Positions 54,366 to 64,000 of a stretch of DNA of 64,000 nt are shown here, one piece after another. The translations under genes and the position numbers were made by a program. Within the stretch, counting starts at the first letter, position 1. Each line of letters starts with the position of its first letter. Source of the stretch: Octopus vulgaris (taxonomy: Eukaryota); the NCBI GenBank assembly GCA_951406725.2, contig OX597838.1:26288001-26352000 (forward strand). Reading direction: 5' to 3'. Under the pieces are notes generated by a model. The model searched no databases. It had not been told where the DNA came from and saw only the letters and a program-made list of their open reading frames with translations.

Positions 54366-54882
54366 ATACATGCAAGATGCATTCCAGATGTTTTGAGACT
54401 TTTTCAAGAAAGACTCTTTTACTTGTTTCAGTCATTTGACTGCGGCCATGCTGGAGCACCACCTTGACAACCGATGCTGGTGTGTTTACGTCCCCGTAAC
54501 TTAGCGGTTCGGCAAAAGAGAACCGATAGAATAAGTACTAGGCTTACAAAAGAATAAGTCCTGGGGTCGATAAACTCGACTAAAGGCGGTGCTCCAGCAT
54601 GGCCGCATACATGCAAGATGCATTCCAGATGTTTTGAGACTTTTTCAATAAAGACTCTTTTACTTGTTTCAGTCATTTGACTGCGGCCATGCTGGAGCAC
54701 CACCTTGACAACCGATGCTGGTGTGTTTACATCCCCGTAACTTAGCGGTTCGGCAAAAGAGAACCGATAGAATAAGTACTAGGCTTACAAAGAATAAGTC
54801 CTGTGGGTCGATAAGCTCGACTAAAGGCGGTGCTCCAGCGTGGCCGCAGTCAAATGACTGAAACAAGTAAAAGAGTAAAGAG
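54366..54882. repeat. 241-bp tandem duplication of a fold-back SINE-tail unit
   Basis: ATACATGCAAGATGCATTCC at 54366 and 54607; each unit has a reversed SINE tail fused to a forward SINE 3' half. Confidence 0.9.
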
Positions 54883-55167
54883 TAATCTAGTCAGCTATGG
54901 TAAACAGTGTTTAGAAGAGTAGGTTTAAAGTACTGTTACAGCCGTCTGCTGCAATCTGGAATAACAAAACTTGACAGGTCAGCTTAATAGAGGTATAATA
55001 ATAATATATTAATACCAATATATTATAATATATTATAATATATTATAATATATTAATAACATATTACTACCTCTCCTAAAAAAAAGCAACGTCTAAAAAC
55101 ATCTGGAAAGTATCTCGTAAAATGATAAAAAAAAAAAAGACCCAAGGTTTTGGAAGAAAATTTGAAG

Positions 55168-55340
55168 TAGGCGTGGGAGTGGCTGCGTGGTAAGTAGCTT
55201 GCTTACCAACCACATGGTTCCGGGTTCAGTCCCACTGCGTGGCACCTTGGGCAAGTGTCTTCTACTATAGCCTCGAGCTGACCAAAGCCTTGTGTGTGGA
55301 TTTGGTAGGCGGAAACTAAAATAAGCCCGTCGTATATATG

Positions 55341-55375
<35 letters not shown>

Positions 55376-56090
55376 TTGTGTGTCTGTGTTTGTCCCCCTC
55401 AACATCGCTTGACAACCGATGCTGGTGTGTTTACGTTCCCGTAACTTAGCGGTTCGGCAAAAGAGGCCGATAGAATAAGTACTAGGCTTACAAAAGAATA
55501 AGTCCTGGGGTCGATTTGCTCGACTAAAGGCAGTGCTCCAGTATGGCCGCAGTCAGTAATCTCGATTTAGCTGATGGTATTGATTTGATTGGATAAAATA
55601 AAGACTTTTAACAAAACGCATGCATGGCTGTGTGGTTAAGAAGCTCGTATCGTAACCACGTCGTTCCAGGTTCAGTCCCGTTGCGCGGCACCTTGGGCAA
55701 GTGTCTTCTACTATATATAGCCTTCGGGTCGAATAATTTACTGTGAGTAAATCTGATTGGCGGAAACTGTGTGGAGGCCTATCGTAAACATGTGGTACTA
55801 TGTGTATTTGTATTTGTGTTGCGTTTGTCCCCCCTCCCCCTCTCGACAACTTATGTTGGTTTTGTTTGTTTTTTGGCGGGTTTTTTTTTTAACGTTCTTG
55901 TGATATAGCGGTTCGGTAAACGACACCGATAGAATAAGTACCAGACTTTACAAAAACACACACACACACACATACACACCCGTAAAGTAATAGGGAGCGA
56001 TTTGTTCGACTAAAACCCTTCAGGCTAGAGCTCCAGCATGGCCAGCCGCAGACAAATGACTGAAACAAGTAAAAGATGAAAGACGAATGA
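55168..56090 (+). mobile_element. Two family 1 SINEs (55168-55556 young, 55620-56090 diverged)
   Basis: Head, CORE-like box and tail present in both. Confidence 0.85.
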
Positions 56091-56984
56091 TAAAAGATGG
56101 ACCTGGCGGTTATTCTGCTCGCAACAATTATTTCTCTCAAGTTCATTGACATTTCAATACCTCCCTGGGTTTTATCTTTCCGATGGAATTATTTTTATAG
56201 TGGTTGTTATCATGGCTTCACCGAAAGACGAGAGAACCACGGGGAAGATGTTTTCTCTCTTGTTCTCAATACTTATCTCTGAACGTGACAGCTGAGAGCC
56301 AGGAAGGAATGGCGCTGACGTCAGCCGCTTTCTTACCGCGCGATCTTTTGTTCGGCGTTGGAGCTGTTGCTAAGGTGTTCTGTCTGTTCTTGCTGTTGAT
56401 GACGATGACGACGACGATGACGATGGTGGTGATGGTGGTGATGGTGGTGCTGGTGCTGGTGATAGTGATAATGTTGATGCTGATGGTGATGGTAATGATG
56501 ATGACGACGATGATGATGATGGAGGTGATGATGATGTTGATGGAGGTAATGATGATGATGATGTTGATGGAGATAATGATGATGATGATGATGATGATGG
56601 AGGTGGTGATGATGATGGTGATCATGTTATTATTATTATTATTAATATTGTTCTTCGTCATGGATACCATTGTTGTTAACGTTACTGTTGCTATTGTTAT
56701 TACTGTTGTTGTTGTTGTTTTTGTTTTTGTCTGTGTGTTGTCAAGGCGGCGAATAGGCAGAAATACCTTGCGGAACGGACGAAATGCCTTGCGGTATTTC
56801 TTACGGCTTTATATATTCAGTATTCAAACCATGCCCTTATCGATTTTACTTTTTTTTTTAATCCTTGCGGGGTTCGATAAAATACAGTACCAGTCAACCA
56901 CTGGGGTTGTTGTAATCAAGTGACTCTCTCCTTTCCAAATTACTGGCCTTGTGCCGAAATTTCAAGCAAATAATAATAATAATA

Positions 56985-57258
56985 ATCACCGGGACCGACT
57001 AGACTATCAGATGTTGCTACACATCGCTGGTCACAATGCGCTTCGCATTGTTTTAGCCTTCAAATGACGCCACCCCGCTGGCTAAGCGAGTAGGCCAACA
57101 GAAGAGTGAGAGAAAGTCGTGGCGAAAGAGTACAGCCGGGTTCATCACCACCCCCTGCCTCGTGGAGCTTCAGATGTTTTTGCTCAATAAACACTCAATG
57201 CCCGATCAGGGAGGCGAAACCCCGATCCTACGACCGCGAGTCCGCTGCTCTAGCCATA
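56985..57258 (-). mobile_element. SINE family 4, near full length
   Basis: Minus head GCTAGAGCAGCGGACTCGCGGTCGTAGGATC; body ends next to (AAT)n. Confidence 0.7.
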
Positions 57259-57259
57259 T

Positions 57260-57327
<68 letters not shown>

Positions 57328-57329
<2 letters not shown>

Positions 57330-57480
57330 GGAGTAAACACATAAATGTGAAACAAGGTGGAAAAAAGAGCACTCAAATACCAGTGGTAGAGTAATATGCT
57401 TTATTTAAAGCAGCAGAAAATTCAACAAAACCTGTTACTCTGAGCTTCCCGTTGCCGTTCATCGGACAGTTTTTGCTAGA
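57328..57480 (-). mobile_element. Putative PLE pseudo-LTR (family E) with degenerate hammerhead at 57432-57469
   Basis: Minus strand CUGU CCGAUGA ACG-GCAA-CGG GAAG CUC-A-GAG UA ACAG; same stem III style as 1753-1790. Confidence 0.55.
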
Positions 57481-57957
57481 ATTCTAGCTTTAAATAAAGT
57501 ATATATATATATATAAATTAATAAATAAAACATATGCATATATACATTCATATATGTACGTACCTACCTCTACATGTATATATACACGCATATATGGGTA
57601 CAGGACACACAAAAAACGTCGAACACAATGAGAAACGAAAACAAACACAAAACCAAGGAACTGGACATTTTTCTTAAACAACGAAAAAAACATACATATA
57701 TATATATATACACACACATAAGACCTGTGCACACCAAACTTCTTCCAGTTTCCGTTTACTAAATCTACTCAGAAGACTTTGGTCGGCTTGAGGCAATGGG
57801 AGAAAACATTTGACCAAGGTGCCACGCAGTCAGACTGAACCCGGAACCATATAGTTGGGAAGCAAACTTCTTACCGCACAGTCAAGCCGACGTCTATACA
57901 ATGCGTGTAAATTTTGAGTTGGAAAACGAACCTTTTTGAATAAAACAGTTAACGAGC

Positions 57958-58179
57958 TACATTATTTACATTCGACAGATATTTGTCCTCATCTTGTTTG
58001 TTGTTAACATAACGTTTCGGCTGATATACCCTCCAGCCTTCATCAGGGGTCTTGGGGAAATTTCGAACCTGGGTTCTCATTCCTAAGGTATTTTTCGATG
58101 TAGTGGTTAAGAGCGCGGGCTACTAACCCCAAGATTCCGAGTTCGATTCCAGGCAATGAACTGAATAATAATAATGATG

Positions 58180-58231
<52 letters not shown>

Positions 58232-58245
58232 TAATAATAATAATG

Positions 58246-58282
<37 letters not shown>

Positions 58283-58392
58283 TAATAATAATAATAATAA
58301 TATTAATAATAATAATGATAATAATAATAATGATAATAGTAATAATGATAATAATAATAATAATAAGAATAATAATAATAATAAAAAAAATA

Positions 58393-58445
<53 letters not shown>

Positions 58446-58471
58446 TAATAATAATAATGATAATAATAATA

Positions 58472-58515
<44 letters not shown>

Positions 58516-58580
58516 TAATAATAATAATAATAATATTAATAATAATAATGATAATAATAATAATGATAATAGTAATAATG

Positions 58581-58623
<43 letters not shown>

Positions 58624-58667
58624 CAACAATAATAATAATAATAATAATGATAATGAAGATAATGATG

Positions 58668-58708
<41 letters not shown>

Positions 58709-58862
58709 ATGATAATAACATCGAAAAATACCTGAGGAATGAGAACCCAGGATCGAAATTTCCCCCAAGACACCTGATGAAGACCGGAGAGTACATCAGC
58801 CGAAACGATGTGCTAACAAGAAACAAGATGAGGACAAATATCCGTCAAGTGTAAATAATGTG
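57958..58862. mobile_element. Inverted arms of about 143 bp (57958-58100 and 58719-58862), each with a hammerhead motif (family B), flanking a tRNA-like head and (AAT)n
   Basis: The arms are reverse complements; both contain CUGAUGA..CAGCC GAAAC. Confidence 0.85.
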
Positions 58863-59234
58863 CATAATTCCTCATCTCTTAAATATAGAATTGTTGTTAA
58901 CGGGCTTCCGCACAGTTTCCATCAACCAAATCCACTTACAAGGCCTTGGTTGGCCCGGGACTATAGTAGAAAACACTCGCCCAAGATGCCATGCAGTGGG
59001 ACTGAACCCGGAACCATGTAGTTGTAAAGCGAGTCTCTTAACTACACAGCCAAGCCTTTACCTGAATAAAAACACACGTACATTTATATATATACATGAT
59101 CTGAGAAGATATAAATACGGATGCGTGGGCCTAGTATCATATATAAACATTTGCGTACGTACAGCGGAAGTGGGTATATAAACAAGTTCCATTATACCCC
59201 ATTTCCAGTTGGATGATGAGAGACATACATACAT

Positions 59235-59288
<54 letters not shown>

Positions 59289-59397
59289 ACTCACCGGCAC
59301 ACATTCGTGCATTTATATATTTACACTTATGCATATGTATGTGTGTGTATACATACATACGTACATACACACACACACATACACACACATATATATA

Positions 59398-59643
59398 TCC
59401 TTTTATTTGTTTCAGTTATTTTGACTGCGGCCATGCTGGAGCACCGTCCTTAGTCGAACAAATTGACTCCAGAGCTTATTCTCTGTAAGCCCAGTACTTA
59501 TTTATCGGTCTCTTTTGCCGAATCGTTAAGTTACGGCAATGTGAACATACCAGCATCGGTTGCCAAGCGATGGTGGTGAGGATGAACGTAGACACACATA
59601 CATACACACAAACATACAGACACACACACACACACACACGCAC

Positions 59644-59720
<77 letters not shown>

Positions 59721-59875
59721 ACGGGCTTCTTTCAGTTTCCATCTACCAAATCCATTTACAAGGCTTTGGTTGGACTGAGGCTATAGTAGAAAACACTTGC
59801 CCAAGGTGCCACGCAATAGGCATCACCAACCAAGTGGTTGGTAAGCAAGCTACTTACCACACAGCCACTCCTGCG

Positions 59876-59878
<3 letters not shown>
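59398..59878 (-). mobile_element. SINE family 1
   Basis: Tail to head CCACTCCTGCGCC in reverse. Confidence 0.9.
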
Positions 59879-59960
<82 letters not shown>

Positions 59961-59993
59961 ACATGCATATATATACATATATATATATACATT

Positions 59994-60180
59994 GCGGGCG
60001 AAATGCTTAGAGGTATTTCGTCTGCCGTTACGTTCTGAGTTCACATTCCGCCGAGGTCGACTTTGCCTTTCATCCTTTCGGGGTCGATTAAATAAGTACC
60101 AGTTACGCACTGGGGTCGATGTAATCGACTTAATCCCTTTGTTTGCCCTCTCTGTGTTTAACCCCCTGTGAGCAATAAAT
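59994..60180 (+). mobile_element. SINE family 2, 5' truncated
   Basis: GCGGGCGAAATGCTTAG..GCCTTTCATCCTTTCGGGGTCG..GCAATAAA. Confidence 0.85.
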
Positions 60181-60201
60181 ATATCTATATCTATCTATCT
60201 A

Positions 60202-60244
<43 letters not shown>

Positions 60245-60589
60245 TCACACATACATACATACATACATACATACATACATACATACATACATACATACAT
60301 ACATACATACATACATACATACATACATTCGTGTTGGTAAGACGTAATCCTTATTCACTTAGCTTCTTGCAACCATGCCTGTGAAAATCTTGTGTTCATC
60401 TTTGTGACTTCGGAATATTTTTGACTCTTATTTTTAGCAAAGCTGGTGCTTCACAGCGCCCTCGTTATTTATAATTCTTACATATATATACATGTATTAA
60501 TTTTGCCTATACGGTTTTTAGCTTGCTGCCACTAACATTTTGGTCTCTATTGAGTTTTTATTCACTTTATGTATTTACTCTTTTTATTC

Positions 60590-60985
60590 ACTTTACTCTT
60601 TTACTCTTTTACTTGTTTCAGTCATTTGACTGCGGCCATGCTGGAGCACCGCCTTTAGTCGAGCAAATCGACCCCGGGACTTATTCTTTGTAAGCCCAGT
60701 ACTTATTCTATCGGTCTCTTTTTTGCCGAACCGCTAAGTTACGGGGACGTAAACACACCAGCATCGGTTGTCAAGCAATGCTAGGGGGACAAACACACAC
60801 ACACAAACACACACATACATATACATATATACGACAGGCTTCTTTCAGTTTCCGTCTACCAAATCCACTCACAAGGCTTTGGTCGGCCCGAGGCTATAGT
60901 AGAAGACACTTGCCCAAGGTGCCAGCAGTGGGACTGAACCCGGAACCATGTGGTTGGTAAACAAGCTACTTACCACACAGCCACT
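60590..60985 (-). mobile_element. SINE family 1, young copy
   Basis: Close to consensus; (TAAAAGAG)n tail. Confidence 0.95.
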
Positions 60986-61284
60986 TCATTTTCTCATTGC
61001 AGCTTGGACACTGAAACGAACACAAGCATTGGTTGAAGTGATATATAGGTTGCAGAGAATCAAGTGCTTTTGGCGCTAAATTCGAAATCGTGACACCAGG
61101 TTAACTGGCATTCCTTCTTGCAATTTTGCCGAGGTAAGACTCTATCCTTCTTCACTTTGTTTCTTTTCCACCCATGCCTGTGAAAATTTAGTATTGATTT
61201 TTGTGACTTCGGAGTATTTTCGACTCCTACTTTTAGTAAAACTGCTGATTCATAGCGCTATTGTTATATATAATTCTTATATAT

Positions 61285-61672
61285 AGGCGTAGGAGTGGCT
61301 GCGTGGTAAGTAGCTTGCTTACGAACCACATGGTTCCGGGTTCAGTCCCACTGCGTGGCACCTTGGGCAAGTGTCTTCTGCTATAGCCTCAGGCTGACCA
61401 AAGCCTTGTGAGTGGATCTGGTAGACGGAAACTGAAAGAAGCCCGTCGTATATATGTATATATATATATATATATATGTGTGTTTGTGTGTCTGTGTTTG
61501 TCCCCCCAACCGATGCTGGTGTGTTTACGTTCCCGTAACTTAGCGGTTCGGCAAAAGAGACCGATAGAATAAGTACTAGGCTTACAAAGAATAAGTCCTG
61601 GGGTCGATTTTCTCGACTAAAGGCGGTGCTCCAGCGTGGCCACAGTCAAATGACTGAAACAAGTAAAAGAGT
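61285..61672 (+). mobile_element. SINE family 1, young copy
   Basis: Close to consensus; interrupts a duplicated unique segment. Confidence 0.95.
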
Positions 61673-62728
61673 ATGTATATCTATTAATTTTTTCCTATAC
61701 GGTTTTTAGCTTGCGGTCACTAACATTATTATCTCTAGTGAGTATTAATGTTATATATATATATGTGTGTGTGTGTATGTATATGTATATATAATGTATG
61801 AATTTATATGTTTGTGTGTGTATGTTTGCATCCCCGTTATCTAGCGGTTCGGCAAAAGACACCGATAGAATAAGTACCAGGCTTCAAAAAAGACAAAAGT
61901 AAAGTACTGGAATCGTTCCATTCATTCGACTAAAAGTTCACGGCGTTGCCCCAGCATGGCCACAATCTATTGACTGAAACAAGTAAAAGATAAAAGATAT
62001 CAATTAGCGTCTGCATGTCGGGATGTGCAATTTGCTAGCCATAAGTTTAAGATCGGTATGGCGGAATGTGCTATACAATAGCAATACAACTAACGTCTGC
62101 TTGTTGGAACGTATCGTCTGCATTCCGTCATGTGCAGTATGATCTTCTTGCAATTAACCTCTGCATATTAAAACGTACAGTATGATACTCAGCAAGATTC
62201 AAGTTTTCTGCATTCGATGTCTCACTGTCTTAGAGCTGCATTTTCCAGCTACTAACAACTGTGTTTGTATGTCAGTGATTGATACGAAACGGGGATGTCA
62301 CGGAAAAACGACAAAGCTTACGATTAACTTGACGAGCTTGTGACATGCGATCTGCCTGATCTGTCAAGTAATTTATATCGACCTGTCTATCAAATTCGAT
62401 AAAATGATTTCTAAACAACACCTACAGATACATTGAGACGGTGTTTCCCTAAATCTAGGCTCAATGTTTCATGAAATGATATTTACCCATTTTCCCTTCA
62501 GATGACAATTCTATGAATTTATAAAATACTGTTGGAAATTATAGCATTGGAAGAAGAAATTTCGGAATATTTAATCATTCATGTGTCATCATTCATAGGT
62601 CATCATTCATAGGTCATCATTCATAGGTTATCATTCTCATGAAATCTAAATTAACTCTTTGTTACATGCAAATATTTAAAAGACAATTAGCTTTCTTTTG
62701 TTTAAACACTTACAAACATATACACATA

Positions 62729-62809
<81 letters not shown>

Positions 62810-62857
62810 GTAATGTATGTGTGTGTGTATATATATATATATATACATTCAAATTAT

Positions 62858-62929
<72 letters not shown>

Positions 62930-62949
62930 TAGACAGACGGATAGATAGA

Positions 62950-63080
62950 TATGGACGGTTTATGGGGTTAGCCTGGGTTTCGCGTCCATAAAGTGCTTAG
63001 CTTTACACCGTTTCTTCAGACCCTAAACCGGTTGGCCTATGGCCTCTCTAGAGAGTAACCCCATAAACTGGCCATGTCTA
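62950..63080 (-). mobile_element. Family C repeat with hammerhead motif (62965-63023) and short inverted end
   Basis: Minus strand GGGU CUGAAGA AACGGUGUAAAG..CUUUAUGGACGC GAAA CCCAGGC UA ACCC; ATGGACGGTTTATGGGGTTA is inverted relative to TAACCCCATAAACTGGCCAT. Confidence 0.65.
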
Positions 63081-63162
63081 TCTGTATCTATATATTCTGT
63101 TGATCTATGCCCTTCCTTTTTGGGACTTACGATCAACTGATGATATATATATATACATATAC

Positions 63163-63217
<55 letters not shown>

Positions 63218-63228
63218 CACACACACAC

Positions 63229-63344
<116 letters not shown>

Positions 63345-63633
63345 TTACTGTACATCTATAATTATTCTTTTTCTGTTGTATCTGTATAATTTTTTGTTGT
63401 ATACGTACAATTTTTATACTATTTTGCTTTATCTTATTTTTTGTTCCTTGTCGTATACATTCGTTAGCTATTTCTAGAAGCTTTCTGCTCTGGTGCTGCC
63501 TAGACGAAAGGGAATCAACGTTAAAAGCGCGAAACTACTATGATATCTTGGACGTTGACTGATGAGGAATGAGGTGTGAATTTACTACGGTTTCGTCAAA
63601 TTTTCCGTTTGTTGAGGTCTTTTTATTCAATCC

Positions 63634-63706
<73 letters not shown>

Positions 63707-64000
63707 GAGAACACGCGTTTTAGTATTGTTGTTGTTACTATTGGCAGTGAGCTACCAAAATCGTTATTGTGCCGTGGCATTTCCTGTGGCTTTACGTTTT
63801 GAATTCATATTCCGTCGAGGTAAACTTTGCCTTCCATCCTTTCGGGATCGATAAAATACTTGTCAGTTGTGCACTGGGGTCGATGAACACGAGGGTCGAC
63901 GTAACCAGTTCCCCATAATTTCTGGTTTTATTCCAAAATTTGAAACCATTAATATTATTATTATCATTATCATTTTATTGTCTTTGCACAGCTTCTAACG

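Noticed and set aside
56204-56923. 239-aa hydrophobic ORF and a TGACGTCA (CRE) palindrome near 56316
   Set aside because: ORF runs through (GAT)n/(GTT)n into a SINE; a single CRE motif is not promoter evidence
58100-58165. Functional tRNA gene
   Set aside because: No acceptor stem and runs straight into (AAT)n; all tRNA-like sequences here are SINE heads
63550-63610. CTGATGAG as a hammerhead core
   Set aside because: No stem II closing onto GAAA on the same strand

Overview
Eukaryotic, repeat-saturated, apparently non-coding DNA (intergenic or deep intron). The tRNA-derived SINE families and the extreme (TA)n/(CA)n/(GATA)n/(AAT)n load look like an Octopus (coleoid cephalopod) genome; this is an inference from remembered repeat families, not a search. 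No intact host gene was found, and almost every ORF in the track is a microsatellite or SINE artefact. Manual translation reveals decayed remnants of several transposon classes: a Penelope-like element (RT/GIY-YIG region), three RTE LINE 3' ends, a Dong/R4 LINE, a CR1-group LINE end, a probable LINE ORF1, two mariner transposases plus four mariner MITEs, a hAT (Buster/Charlie) transposase, non-autonomous Helitrons/Helentron, and a Crypton-type tyrosine recombinase fragment. The most interesting signal is about a dozen minimal type-I hammerhead-ribozyme motifs from at least five sequence-distinct repeat families. They are mostly embedded in microsatellites and often arranged as inverted arms. 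One family carries a compensatory G3-C8 catalytic core in both copies, and one copy lies downstream of a tRNA-like Pol III head. All structures were folded by eye and coordinates of degenerate ends are approximate.
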